From the NCBI RefSeq assembly GCF_009914755.1, contig NC_060928.1: 64,000 nt of DNA; one strand, given 5' to 3'. The notes below the pieces were generated by a model that saw only the letters and a list, made by a program, of their open reading frames with translations, did not search any database and was not told the DNA's origin. Positions within the stretch are counted from its first letter, which is position 1. Each line of letters starts with the position of its first letter. Shown piece after piece: positions 26,976-41,660 of this stretch. The position numbers and the translations under genes are program-made. This DNA is from the human T2T-CHM13v2.0 reference genome, Homo sapiens.

Positions 26976-29900
26976 TCAATTTTGTTCCCTGATTTTATTA
27001 TTTTTGTGAAAAATGTAAAGGTAGATATTTAAGTGAATGGAATAAAATCAGCATGTTTGGTATAGAACTTATGAATCCAATATAAAACCCCACTACTTTA
27101 TAGTATTCTGATGTATAAATGGAAGAAAAACATTTATCTAAATGTACTTTTCATTAAAAAGAAGATTAGCTTTGATCTTGACTATTGATTTACTTATTGA
27201 CCACAATGTTTTAGACTAAAATAATGTCAATACCAGGAGCTGTTTTAAAGACAGGAAAAATAGAACAGTAAAATAGACCAGCTTTTAAAGCAGTAAAAAG
27301 ACTGCAGTGCTAGACAAAGAAATTATCTCTTCCAACAGTCACATATTTAACTTTTCTTCTGTCATATCACTCTGTATCTAGTGCTTATATTCTAAGATTC
27401 TTTTGACATCAATAGTTCAAAGTTATAATAGAATTATACAAAAAAAGTAAAAAAACCATTCATTTTAGGTAAGCCAGATAAATTTCTTTACTTTCAGTCT
27501 TTTGTTACTTCATTTTCTTTAATCCTGCCTCATAATACTTCTGCAGAATTTCTGAGTCCTAGCAGACCCACATAAATCTCAGTTCTGTTTGTTTAAGTGT
27601 TTTCAAGTAAATATCTTTCTTGAAAAAGTTTATTGTTTCCCCAGGAAGCAGAATCCTTTCACATTTATTCACAGTTTATATCGAGCATGGCAAATTGAAG
27701 TGCGAATTTGTTCATCTATGTGCCAATAATTATAGCTTTTCTTTTTCCTTCTGTGGCTTTCTCAAGCAAAACTTGATGTGCAATGAGATTACCAACCAAG
27801 ATTCACTGTCAGTCTAAATAAATGGAAATCTTGTCACCTTACACTGTTTCTAAATAATAATGTAATTGAATTGCCGTAAGAAAGATTTGTTATAGTTGCT
27901 ATGGCTATGCAGCTAGGCTGTCTTATGCACTTACTGAGGTTAGAGTACCTGTACAGACCTCCAGGGTGTAAAGCTGGAGGGAATTCCAGGACTTACCAGC
28001 TCGGGGGAAAAAAGAACCCTTCTGCAGTGAAACTTGAAGCTAAGAGGCCAGGTCAGAAACTGCCTCTAAGGATTGAACCAACTAAACTCTTTAGAACACA
28101 GATAAGAAGTTATCATTCCAACCTTGCAGCCTTGGATAGAGTTTATTGAAGCCCATTGTCTCCAAAAGTCAGGAAAATAATAATCTCTCCTTTCAATATC
28201 ATCCAAGCCACCACTGCCCCAAAACCTAAACAGACTAACCTAAACAGGATTTGAGGTAAATCTTTACTAGCAGACAAAGATTATGATAGAAACAAGGTGG
28301 ACTCAGTGGCTTAAAACGTGGAGACCTAGTCAAACAACCGAAATAGGTAGTTATATTACGACAGATTCAATGGAAGAATTAGAAGAGTATTTTACTAGAA
28401 AATGATTTTCATGAAAATAAAATTGGAATTCTTAGAAAACAAACTTTAAGTTTTAGAACTAATAAAAATGACATAAATTTACAAACTTGAAAGATGAACT
28501 GACATACTGAATGGATTGTAATTTTAAAAAAGTGATTTGGAATATCAGAAAAAAGCATTGTTAACATTCTTATCAGTACCGGTATATTATTCAAAATCAT
28601 ACTGAGGTGTATATCTTATGATATGAAGACAACAAGAGGAATAAATATACAAAAATAAAATGTTCAAGCTATCGTAAATTTGCTCAAAGCAACATTTTCT
28701 CCATAGAAAATTCAAGAAAATCAACAGAAAAACTATTCTTTAATATATTTTTGGAAGTATGTTTTTTCTTCTATGGTGAGCAATTTATAAGCCCATTGAA
28801 GTCAGTTTTATGGATATATGTAAGTGTGTATATTGGGTGTATTTAGTAAATAAATGAATCTCTCCTTTCATTCCACCCAATACACATTATAATTGTGTAA
28901 ACGTAATGACACCCAATAAATATTTGTGGAAAAATATTTGATTTTTCTTTGCATTCAGTAATATTTCATCCATTAGATATGCGATTCATTTATATTTTGT
29001 GATATATGCTATTGAGACTTGGAAGTTGGTCCCTCTAATCATTAAGCTTTTTTAGCCAGCGGTATGATTGGCAGGAATATATTCTAACCTTCTACTGTTT
29101 TTCAGGTAAACAATGTTTTACTAAAAGGATTAAACTACCTTTTAGTAATATTTATAAATGTATTTGATGTCCAGAAATGTTTAATTCCTCTTCTGCTTAA
29201 AAATAGTTTCAGCAGGAGCTACTTTCGTCTAGGAGTACATATTTAGATGTGTACAAATAATGATTATCTCATTGATTGTTTCCAAAGTATCCTAAAGAAT
29301 ACAAGTGCTGAATGTTTTAATTTACTTAGACAAAGGTTACCACCACCAGTTATTTATCATAGATTAAATTTGTTATTTCACAAAATTTACAGGAAGTGCA
29401 TAAGGTAGACAATAATGATTATAACTCATAGTACCAATATAATTTCTGTATTTTATCTTTTTATTGCCAACTCCCAAACCTGTATCTCTTATTCTATTTG
29501 TTCCTTTCAATCTATTTATTAGACTAGATGATATCCTTAAGTCAAATTCAAAATGCTATTGAATTATATGTTCCTAGTTTCAGAAATAACTGTTGTATAA
29601 TAAGTACTTCTGTTGTAGAGTTTAAAGTGTAATGAAGCAATATCTTATTCTGAAAAAAACTAATTGTTAAGCAAAAGTTATCTGCAATGCCATGTCCTGA
29701 AACAGCATGAGCAGAAATGGAAATTGAAAATGAACTGTGGAAATTATTTTGTATCAATGTTACTGATAATTACACAATTCTTAAAAGCATATTCGCAAAA
29801 CATAAAACAAGGAAATGTTTATTTTTATAATATTAAAGTTTAAAAATACATATATTTACGTGTATATGTGTGTATATTCTCATCGTATAAAAATCTGAAA

Positions 29901-31034
29901 AAATTCATCAAAATTTTAACAGTGATTATCTAGTTATCTCTAAATAAAAATTGAGTGACATTTATATTTCATAATTTTATACATTTCCAAATATCTAAAT
30001 TATATTTTGTTCTTATAATTCCTACAAAATACAGATGATTTAGTTGGAAAATTTGATTAGAGTTACTTGATAAGAGTTCTAGAAAGGTAAATTTTGGCTC
30101 TTGGTGAGGAAATGTTCTAATCAACAGAATTAACTGAAAGGTATTGAAGTGTCAGCTCGAGTGAGGATTTCTCTCAATGTGAAATGATTAGAACACATAT
30201 CTCTCCTTATAGCAGAAGCTTTAGAGAGGCTTCATCCTTAGCAAAAGTTTGGCACCTAAAGCCTCTCATCTCCCAGCCAACCCGTAATCATACTAGAGTA
30301 ATCACACAGCAAGTGCCATATTCTGTTTTTGTTGTTTTAGCATTTACTAATAAAATATATGTGTATCTATGAATTCCTATATAGAAGCCTCCTGGTCTCA
30401 ATAAAATACTCAGATAATCCATTTTAATTCATTATTTAAAAACATAGTGTACGACTACATATAAGGTATTACCTCATGTGATTGGGACAAGATTATTAAC
30501 AAACATCATATAGTCCAGAAATTATTTGTGATAAAATATAGATATGAGTAAAGACTGTCAAAAGTGTGATCCCAAACTGATATTTTTAACAGCCTAAACA
30601 TAAGAAAAAATGTGAGTTTTTTACTACTAAAGTCATTTCCTTTAGAGGCACTGAAAGAGATACAGACTAGAAGAATGATACGTGGGCATACTGCAATGCT
30701 CATATACTTTCTGTGTTTTTGTCCTGGTTTATTAAATATTGTTCATGATTTGCTTCTTGTTTTTCTTTTTAAATATTCCCATGCAGTTTCCCATTTCTTG
30801 TTATTAATTATTATTCTCATCCATCAATTACTCTAGCCATCTTTGACTCATATATTTTTGTTCCATAATCATTTAGGCTCAGAGTATATCTGGCTTCTCA
30901 GAGTTCAAAATGAAATTTGGCCCTTTGGACCTAAAACTTTAAAGTTACAGATTTGGTGAGTAAATGCTGAAAATACATATTTTAAAAATTAATTTAGAAG
31001 TTTCAGAAACATTTGTGATTCACAGAAAAGGAAA

Positions 31035-31069
31035 ACACACATACACACACATACACACACATACACACA
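31035..31069. repeat. (CA)n/(TACACACACA)n microsatellite
   Basis: Seen directly. Confidence 0.85.
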
Positions 31070-31686
31070 AAACATGCTTATTGAGGCAAAATCAGATTAA
31101 CCTAACAGACATTTTTAGCTTCAATTTAAAAATTAAGAAATAAATACTTAGGAAGTTACAAAATTTTAAATTCACTTATACTTGTCATCTATTAGTAGCT
31201 ATCTAATCTACACACATACACACGTTAACATATTATCAGATATGTTTTGTCTAAGGGCAAGAAAAGACTCACAGGAAGTGGAGGGTGCCTCTTAGTTTAT
31301 TCTGGTGTGCCCAAATAGTTACTATGTCTATAGTTGTAGTCAGTGAAAGTGCTGTGATCAGAGCAGTTGAAGCAGCCACTTTATGCAAGGGGTCCTTGTG
31401 TCCAGAGTAATTTATCTTTCCCAGGAATCTGGGTAACAAAGATGAGGGGAAATTGGGCTCAGTTAATCCACCTTCAGCCCAACTGCCCCGCAACTCCATC
31501 CCAAATCATTGATATGATACAAGTGTATAATACAAACAATTATGTTGACAAGTAGTTTTGATTTTTATATTATCATCTTTATAAAGATTCTACCCTTAAA
31601 TTTCTGTCATCCTGTTTGAAAATCATTGCTCAGAAGAAAGCTTATCGTCTGGTGATGAATAGCCAATTTGAAAGCTATGGTAGATA

Positions 31687-31990
<304 letters not shown>

Positions 31991-32079
31991 CTATGGTAGA
32001 TAATTATAATACAAATACCAACTTCTGAAATTGTGAAAAATAATTAGAGGTTTTCCTTTAAAAAGTGAAATAATTTAAA

Positions 32080-32245
32080 AATAATAATTTGCCATTTACC
32101 AGATTATATTCTAAGAACTTAATGTCGCATTATTTTATTAAATCTCCACAATGACCCTCTGAGGAAAGTAATATTATTAACAACACTTATAGAATAGAAA
32201 ACATGGTTTCTAAAGCTAAAGAACTTGTCCGAGCTTATAGAGTAC
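32080..32245 (-). mobile_element. MIR
   Basis: aatctccacaatgaccctctgagg...attatt...aacttgtccgag. Confidence 0.55.
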
Positions 32246-33844
32246 TGTTATGATCTCGATATGGGGGGAATTTTATGCCCCCATTCATGTTACTTAATTA
32301 CTCACTAAAAGGAATATATTATAAAAACAAACATCAATATTGATTTTTCTTTTTATCAATTTTTATTTATTCATGTGTAAACTGACACTATTAACCTCTT
32401 CTAAGAGTTAATCCTTAGACAGGGATTTATATTAAAATTGTATGACCTGATAAGTTTGTCTTAATTATCTAAACATGTTAAATATGCATATCTGAGAAAA
32501 TTACATATATTTTTAAAGCTATGTGTTAATATAGCTTAGCAATTACAAGCAATTGACCTACAAAACTAACCCTTAAATAATGAGTTATCTAAGACTAAAA
32601 TATTTAAAATAGTCGGATCCCAAGTGACTGTAAATTTCTGCACTAACCATTGCATTCTGTTTTGCTTAACTAAACAAGTATGAACTAACTCAATTGCACT
32701 CTGTTTTGCTTAATGGAACAAATATTTGATAATCACAGTTAATTATCATGCTTGTTAAATACTAAATATAAATAAACAATAAAATGCATTTTGGTCATTT
32801 TAAAGTAAATTAGCTACGATTGTAATTAATTGGGTTTCTTTTCATTTGTCTTTCCTTTACAAATGTTACTGAACTCTAAATTTTCTTTAAGGTACTAAAA
32901 TATTTGAAATTATACATATATAGATATATCATTCTCTTATTTTGAAAGAGATGTATTAAAATACAAGTCAAAAAATGGAAAACGTTATTATTTTAATTAT
33001 TTTACATGTCAGAACCAAAGTCAATTTAACTAGTTATGGTTTAAAAATAATGTGTGGAGGAGAACTCTTTCTAATATTTACAAGCAACTATATAAATAAT
33101 GAAATCACAAAATGTAGAGTTAAAACTGTCATATCAAATAGCTAATGGAAAGTAATATACGTTAATATTGATTTGAGAGATAGTATCTAAATTATTTAGG
33201 CTTCCTATTGATTTCTTTTCAGAATGTGAAATGTTTCTTATAACAAAATCAATATGGCACTTTACAAGACATTTGGCCAAAAGTGAGACCATTCTCTGGG
33301 CAGCACATTCGCACATTCAGAAACATATCTATTCCATCCCCATTTGGTTACCACAATAAACTTGTTGATAGAAATGCTAATTTGAGGAATACAATGGACA
33401 ACATATATTTGCTACTAAGCATGGGCCATTCAGATATTTTGTACAGCCAGATCATAATAAAAAAGGGTAAACAGACAGATGAAATATAAAATAAGGAATA
33501 CATATTCATTATGGTAGCTGTTGATTGTTATATCAAAAAGAAAAATAATATTAACAAAATTGTTTTAGAGACTGTAATCTCTTAAAAAATATTAACAAAC
33601 AAACACAAACATATAAACTCCTGATATTGAAATTCAAGTTTTGAAATGAGCAAAACTAACTTCTGCTATTTCTATGTATACTAGAAAATTTTTCAGCATG
33701 AATGGAAAACCTGTTATATAAAATGAATTCCATCTATTTTAGACATATTGTGGACATTATTATAGCTAAATAAACTAAAATGTATTTTAAATTGTGTTAT
33801 TATAAATATGTTATTTTAAAAGGCTATAAAAGTTATTAAGTGTT

Positions 33845-34152
<308 letters not shown>

Positions 34153-34853
34153 TTATACCCTAAATAAGGCTATGAGGTGGGATCTATACCTCATTAGAAA
34201 GGTGTTCCAGGTTTTTAAGTAAGTAAATTTTATGACTAAAAAAAATTTTCCAAACTAATTTTAACAGTTTTGCGACACTATTTTTCAATGCTTTTATTTT
34301 TTTGCATGCACACATTTACATTTATAAGCTATTACTGCAGATTTTATAGTCAATCATTAATTCAATTTTTGTTTCTGGATCTAATAGCTTTTTTGTATTT
34401 AACAGACGTTAGTCACATAAATACATAAGCAGTAATAAAAAATTGCTTCCGACAGGATTGAATGTAGATAACTTGCCATTGTTTACACAGAACAGATCGT
34501 TTGTTTCTACTATTGAGATTTTTACAAAGGAGTTGTGGGGAATATAAAAGTTAAGGGGATTCACACAGTAAGAGATGTAAATCTTGAGAAAGTATAATTT
34601 AAATGGAGACTAGTCCAGTGCCCAAGGTAAAGTTCATCACTTTAAATCTGCTTGATGTTCTAGGCTTCACCAAGAAAGCTACACTCTTTACATTCCTTTC
34701 TATGCTATGGAGTCAATTTATGAAGATAAAACAGGGACAAAGAAAAGCGTGTGCTTTGGGTTGGGTCATGCCATTGGTTATATTTCTTAGGGAGCTGTTG
34801 GCAAAATAAATAAATAAATAAATAAATCTAAAATCAAAGCAATTTGGTAATAG

Positions 34854-35167
<314 letters not shown>

Positions 35168-36129
35168 AGGGAAATGTATTTTTAAAAATGAACTGTGGAT
35201 ATGGAGATCTTTAGAATCCATCTAACCAGAGGCAGAATTGTTCCTCAAATCCAAAATAGGACCTGATATACAGTTGGAGAGTAATGCATTCTACTTGTGT
35301 GAGTAGGAGCGAGATAAGACCAAAATTAGGTAGTACCATAGTGCAACCTATTAGTTTTGTTAACTGATAGTTTCTTGTTATTGCCAATATTTGAACGTAT
35401 GATTGTGAACAATCACAAGGAAGCTATATGCAAACTAATAAGATTTAATTCTTGGAGTAACAACACTTCCTGTTTAATGTTGGGTCCTTTGTGTTTCATT
35501 TAATAGACTAAGCTTTTGTAACGTCATCTGTCTTGAAGGTTATAAAAATGTGCTATCATAAGTTCTCTGTAACTTGAGTGTGTTCGCTCTTTTCTGTCAT
35601 CAGAATATTTTGTTCATTCAAAGAAATTATGTCATTGACTTCTAGCTGTATTTAAACTTAGCAGTGCATAGGAATAATCTAAAAAAATATGTGAGGATGC
35701 TGATTAGATTTATAATTTGTGCAAAAAACTCACTCTTTTTAAAAAACGCAACTCAAAACCATCATTATTTCTCATTTATTTGCTTTTTTATTTTCTGGAC
35801 TTTGAAGAATAAAATAAGAGGTACTAAATGTTGTTGGAACTGAGATTTTCAGTGTTATTCTCTGTCACAAATTTTCCGGGAACTTTCTAGGGAAAAGCTG
35901 AGACAAAATAAAAACTTGTTTCTATTGTTATAAATAGCGATGGAAAATCAATCCCTTCTGTTCTCTAACTACAGGCTTTTATTTACATCATGCATAAATT
36001 TAATTTAATATGGGTACTCAAATTGCATTCTTCAAAGAAATGTAAATATGTGGGCTTCAACTCTGAAATCCTGGCAAATAAAATAATATTCAAGAATTTT
36101 CCCACAGATTAAAGCGCCTCCAACTCTGT

Positions 36130-36600
36130 ATCAATAAATGTCAATGAATCACTCAATGAAGAAACCAAGTCAATCCTGAAAATGCCTCCTTCCATGCCCT
36201 CAGATATATAATCCTTCAATGAATCTTAACAATTCTGCCTCTATATGTTAAGATCATTTATTCCTATCTGTCTCCATTGCCATACTCTAATATATCTCTG
36301 CTGCCAAGTGATAATTCATTTATCACTATGATTTCTTATCTACTCTATCCTTAACTATTCCCCTTCCATAATTTCTGCAATCTCCCACCAAGTCTCCATT
36401 CTCTGCAGAGTAGTCAGAGTGATTTTCTTAAAATGCAAATCAGATTATTTCATTCCCATGCTCAGAAGTCTCATTACTCCCCTGCAGAAGAAAATGAATT
36501 ACAAACATTTTAGCGCGCTTTACATGTCATTGCCTTCCCTCAAGCATTCTTTTGTGTCTGTCTTATAATAAGCACATAATAAATATTATTTAATGAATGC
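36130..36600 (+). mobile_element. L2 fragments
   Basis: gtcagagtgattttcttaaaatgcaaatcagat; aataaatattatttaatgaatg 3' end. Confidence 0.65.
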
Positions 36601-36673
36601 ATTGTAGTAAAAACATCAATTTCTAATATATTACACAATTTGCTTTTCTATATCATAAATTATTTGTTGTCAC

Positions 36674-36678
<5 letters not shown>

Positions 36679-36718
<40 letters not shown>
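36679..36718. repeat. (CA)20 perfect microsatellite
   Basis: Seen directly. Confidence 0.97.
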
Positions 36719-36720
<2 letters not shown>

Positions 36721-37574
36721 GGAAACCGAAATCAAAAACAAAACAAATCTCCTTGATAAAGAAATTTTTGGTAAATTTGGTTCTTTAATGTATCTCCAAC
36801 ACTAAATATGGCCTCTATATTAAATCTCCAAATATCACTTATCAGTTGACTAATGATAATTGCAGTGGCTTCCTCTATAAATGAGAAAGTTGGAAAGGTT
36901 GCTGACTCTCAGAGGTGGGAAGTATTGCCTTCAGGAATTGTTTCGGAGCACTTGAGAGCCTGTGTGTGTTTGTCACGGGAGGTATGCTGCTGGTGTTGAA
37001 AGCACAGACACCAGAGATTCACATCATCTCACAACATATTGCACAGTGAACTATTACTATATATCGCACATGAATTCTGATGTTCTGGCCATGCATTTAT
37101 GTAGATAAAAAACTGGTTTTAATTATCTGGGACTAAAATATTATTTCATTTTACACATACATAAAAAGAGTTTTGTATGGTTTTAGTGTATAATAAGTTT
37201 TCCAGAAATGAAGCTACCTTGACTATTGAGGTATTGTTGTACTGTTATTTTTTCCTGAGGATTGTTCACCATTTTGTAGGATTCCATTAATGCTGGAAAA
37301 GACGTTTATGGCATTTAAGTTACTAATGTAATACCACATGTTGAGTCTGTATTTCTAGTTTTCCCATTCATGAGATTTTTTGTCTGTATGTATACGTTTG
37401 TGTATGTGAATATATCTACTTAACCTTTACTGTAAATTATAAATGTAAAAAAATTAAAACAATATGCTTTTTATTTCCTTTACTTATCTTCGTATTTATT
37501 TATTACAAGTCGACAGAACCATTTGGCTACTTTGTTCTTAAGCTTTCTTGCCCAATCATTTACATATTAAAATA

Positions 37575-37942
37575 GATATGTCCCTTGCCTTACAATAGGG
37601 TTATGTTTCAATAAACCCATTGTAAGTTGAAAATATTGTAAATCAAAAAATGCATATAATACACCTCACCTACCAAACATTGTAGTTTAGTCTAGCCTAT
37701 TTTAAATGTGCTCCGAACACTTGCATTAGCCTACAGTTGGACAAAGTTATGTAATGTAAACCTTATTTTATAATAAAATGTTGAATATCTCATGCAATGT
37801 ATTGGATACTTTACTGAAAGTGAAAAGCAGGATGGTTGCAAGAGTACTTGAAGTGTCATTTCTACTGAGTACATATCACTTTTGCACCATCATAAGTTCA
37901 AAAAATTTTAAGTGGTAACATTATTAAGTCAGAGATCATGTG
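37575..37942 (+). mobile_element. MER47A (TcMar-Tigger MITE)
   Basis: aaacccattgtaagttgaaaatat, cattagcctacagttgg, tgttgaatatctcatg; TA flanks. Confidence 0.88.
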
Positions 37943-38067
37943 TACATACATATTATTTACTAAACATTACTTTTTCTTTATATCAAAGTCATAGAATTAT
38001 CTTGATAAAAATTATGTTTGTAGGTATATTAAATTATCTTAATTTCAGGTCAGAATATTTAAGGGCA

Positions 38068-38576
38068 TGTGGTAGGCAGAGTCATGCCGCCCCTCCTCCA
38101 AAAAAAGATGTCCATATCCTAATGTCTACAGCATGTGATCATGTTACCTAATGTGGCAAAAGGAACTTTGCAGATGTAACTGAGTTAAGGATTTTCAGAA
38201 GAGATTATTCTGGATTAGCCAATTGGGCCCAGTATTATTACAACAACCCTAATAAGTGAAAGAGGAAAGCAGGAGAGTCAGAATTACAGAAGATGTGATG
38301 ATGGACATACAGATGAGACAGATGCAGATGCTTGCTTTAAAGATAAAGGGTCCAAAACCAAGGAATGCCAGCAACCTCTAAAATTTGGAAAAGGCCAGGA
38401 AAAAGATTGTCCCATAGAACCTCCAAAAATAATGCAGCATGGCTGATCCCTAGACTTAGGCCAGTGAGACCCATTTTCAGCTTCTGAATGAAAGAACTGT
38501 AAGATCATAAATCTGTGTTGTTTTAGGCCACGAAGTTTGTGGTAATTTGTTACAGCAGCAAGAAGAGACTAATATG
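38068..38576 (+). mobile_element. MLT1D MaLR LTR
   Basis: tgtggtaggcaga...ggcaaaaggaactttgcagatgt...aagtttgtggtaatttgttacagcagca. Confidence 0.9.
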
Positions 38577-38579
38577 GGG

Positions 38580-39055
38580 TCTCTAAGTAAAATTGCACTG
38601 GACAAGGAAGATTTTATTGAACGCTGTTGTAATAGAGAGATTGCACTCAACTCTTTTTTAAGTACTCCAGTAGTTTTGTCAGCTAGTCAAAAAGTACTGG
38701 AGGATATTAGAGGACAGGTCGGTCAATGTAATTAGGCCATCTGTGTGTGCCAGTTGTCGTTTATTGAAGTTAGGCTTCTACCTTCCCACAGAAACTGGGA
38801 AATAAGAGGTCTATGTTTACCTTTCAGAGGGATAGTGCCCAGGTTCTTGAGAAAGACACCCCTAAGTTTAAAACAAGCAAAACACTCCTCAGTTGTAAAA
38901 TTCTGCATTTTAAAAGGACAGAGAAAAAATTTGTGATTATACTTTTTTTTTTTAAGTAAATGCTCTAGGAAAAGAGAGGTCAGGGGCCTAGAGTCAGGAA
39001 GAAGCCTATTTAAACTTTCATCAAGCTGTGGAGGATGTTAAGACTGTCTTCATCA
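38580..39055 (-). mobile_element. MER67-like ERV1 LTR
   Basis: aaattgcactggacaaggaagattttatt...cccacagaaactggga...gaggtcaggggcctagagtcaggaagaagcct. Confidence 0.75.
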
Positions 39056-39811
39056 GGGGGCATTAAAAATATTTGTTTAAACATATGTATTGTTAAAAAA
39101 AGTAGTTAAAAATAAAAATAAAAATATTGTGTCTGACAGAGCTGAGAATAATTAGACTGGATGAATTTGAATTTTGCCTTCAATTTTTAAAATTAGATCT
39201 CTCAAAATGTTGAATATTCAATGTGCTATTCTGGAAAATTTGTCATAGATTGTTTTTATTATCTTGCTATTATCAAGATTCACCTGAAATTCTGTTTTCC
39301 ACAAAGGCTTCCTTGGTTTTCAAACCCTATTATCTCTCTCATAAAATGTCCTACAATTAAACATTTTCCATATACACTTTTGAATATATGTCATATCTAT
39401 AATTAGATTACATGTTGTTTGAGGCTAAAGACTTCGTCCTGTCCTATGCTGTGTTTTTGCAATCACAGAGAATACGATGTTACATTCTTAACACAGTATG
39501 TACTCAAGAACATATGGTCATTGCTTGACTGTTCTCTCCTGAATTTTACTAATGTGGTTAGAATAAAAATTTCAGAATATTTTTGAATTACTTTAATAGG
39601 AAAGTATAAATACATCTACACTACTCTGGTCAAAACTGAAACATTTATGAGAAACCCTAATTTTTGGCATCTTACATTTTGCAGGGCTAAGGACTGCAAG
39701 CACATTTATCAGAATATATCCGTGCTGTTAAAATATGTAATTATATAAGACAAATACTTTGATTTAACATAATATTTACCAAAGTCATGTATAACTACTA
39801 TGAATTAATTA

Positions 39812-40008
39812 AGCTCACTGTCTCATAGAACCTTCTGCCATGATGGACATGTTCTGCATCTGCACTCTTCAATACATTAGCCGCTAGCCATATGGTACTA
39901 TTTGGCACTCAACATATGGTTACTGTGTTTGAAGAACTGAATTCTAAATTTTATTTCTTTTTGATTAATTTGACTTCTGGCTTGTAACCACCATAGTGAG
40001 AAGCTCAG
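39812..40008. mobile_element. MER3 (hAT-Charlie)
   Basis: atagaaccttctgccatgatggacatgttctgcatctgcact...gaactgaattctaaattttattt. Confidence 0.85.
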
Positions 40009-41544
40009 TACTGAATCACTGAATTTATATAATTATTTTTAACCATAGCCATTGACCTGAACTCATAGAAGAATCCTACAATAACTGTTTATTATAAAAT
40101 AATAAACATATAAGTTTCAAAAACATTGACATACTGCTATGTAGATTTCATTTTTTAAGCCACTGAAACAACTTAAATCAAACATCTTACTTCCATAAAA
40201 TAAGTATGTTTATTTTGTTTTGAAAGGATAGATGAAAGACATGTGAAATCCAAGGGAAAGATATAAAATTCAATGTTTTAACCATGAATGCCTTGTTAAA
40301 CTAATATTGAGATAAACAACACTTGTCAGTTGCAGAGTTATACTATTATTATTTGTTTTAAATTTATATGCTCCTTTACATGATTTCAATAACCTAGTAG
40401 CACTTTGTCTATGTTTATAAAAATGGTTTCTGAATTTTATATTCATGACTATAGTTAGACCCAAATAGCAGAGATCATCTTTATAAAGTTTTAATACTTC
40501 CCACAAGGCGCTGCTCTAATCTTTGATATTTTCCCATTTTTTTAGGTGTGCTGTAGACTGTTTTCAACTAGTTTGACATTTTCCTCATTCATTGCTGCCC
40601 TGATTTTTGCACCTCAATTTATAATTTATTATTGATTTTAATTAACCTCACATAACACACAGTCCAACTGACAGATCCAAGAACTGAGTAACAGCTTGGG
40701 AAACAAAGGAAAAGACAGCACAGCAGAGCCTCAAAAGGAATGGAGTGACACATGCGGAGTACTTAAGAAAGAGGAAATTCATGTCAGGGAACGATATTGT
40801 GGCACTTTCTTTAAATCAAGAGAACTTTCCATGATCAAATTCCACACACAATTATTTGGCTCCTCTGGAAAATGCAGGCAGCACTGTCTGGTGACCACAT
40901 TGTGTCTTTAACAGCTGTATTATTTTATTAATTACACAAGATGGGAGAAGCTTTTTGTAGTTCATTGTCTGCAGTGACATGATAATAAAACAATTTGGTA
41001 TTCCAAATTTTATATATTCTTTATTCTTTGAATCTTTTCGAACTTCTGAAATTCATACTGCAGACTTCAAACCATGACTTTATCACTAATTATTATGATT
41101 TTAAGAGACATAAAAACTCGAAGTAATAGTCTCAAATTCAAAGAAACATTTGATAACAAAATAGAATTTTAATTTAGAAAGCCATCACGATTTGCAACAG
41201 AAACTAACTTTTGATGTTTAAGTTTTAGAAGATTACATATAAAAACCAGATAATTGAAATGCAAAACATGAGATTTTTATCTGTAAAAGTCAGAAAATTC
41301 AGTTTTGGTCCACACAGCAAAACTATGAACTTTGATACCCTTCCTATAAGTAAATAATTACTTATTCCTCACCATTGCAATGTTCATCCGATAGCAAAAC
41401 GCAAACACCAAGTGAACAATAGTACCTTATTAAGGATCTTTTTCCTTGACAGGAAGACTGTTTTCATCTATACTTTGCTGTTGCTATACTAAAAGATTTT
41501 CATATGTGATGAAATTTCAGTGAGAAGCATTATAACATAATATG

Positions 41545-41660
41545 TAGAGCATAATAGTTAATGCATCATGAGGAAAGTCTGCCAGCATTCAAATTACAGT
41601 CTGCCATTTACTCTCTTTGTGACCTTGGACAGGTAACTTAACCTCTTTCCTGATTATATT
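41545..41660 (+). mobile_element. MIR
   Basis: ctgccatttactctctttgtgaccttggacaggtaacttaacctct. Confidence 0.75.

Larger units (their letters stand above)
36895..39155. mobile_element. hAT-Charlie element (MER20B-like), split by three later insertions
   Basis: catttatgtagataaaaaactggttttaattatctg, ttttccagaaatg; terminal gggggcattaaaaatatttgtt...gtctgacagagctgagaat. Confidence 0.6.

Noticed and set aside
27900-28760. Possible ancient L1M/HAL1 ORF1 remnant
   Set aside because: The A-rich character is suggestive, but it is too diverged to support by eye.
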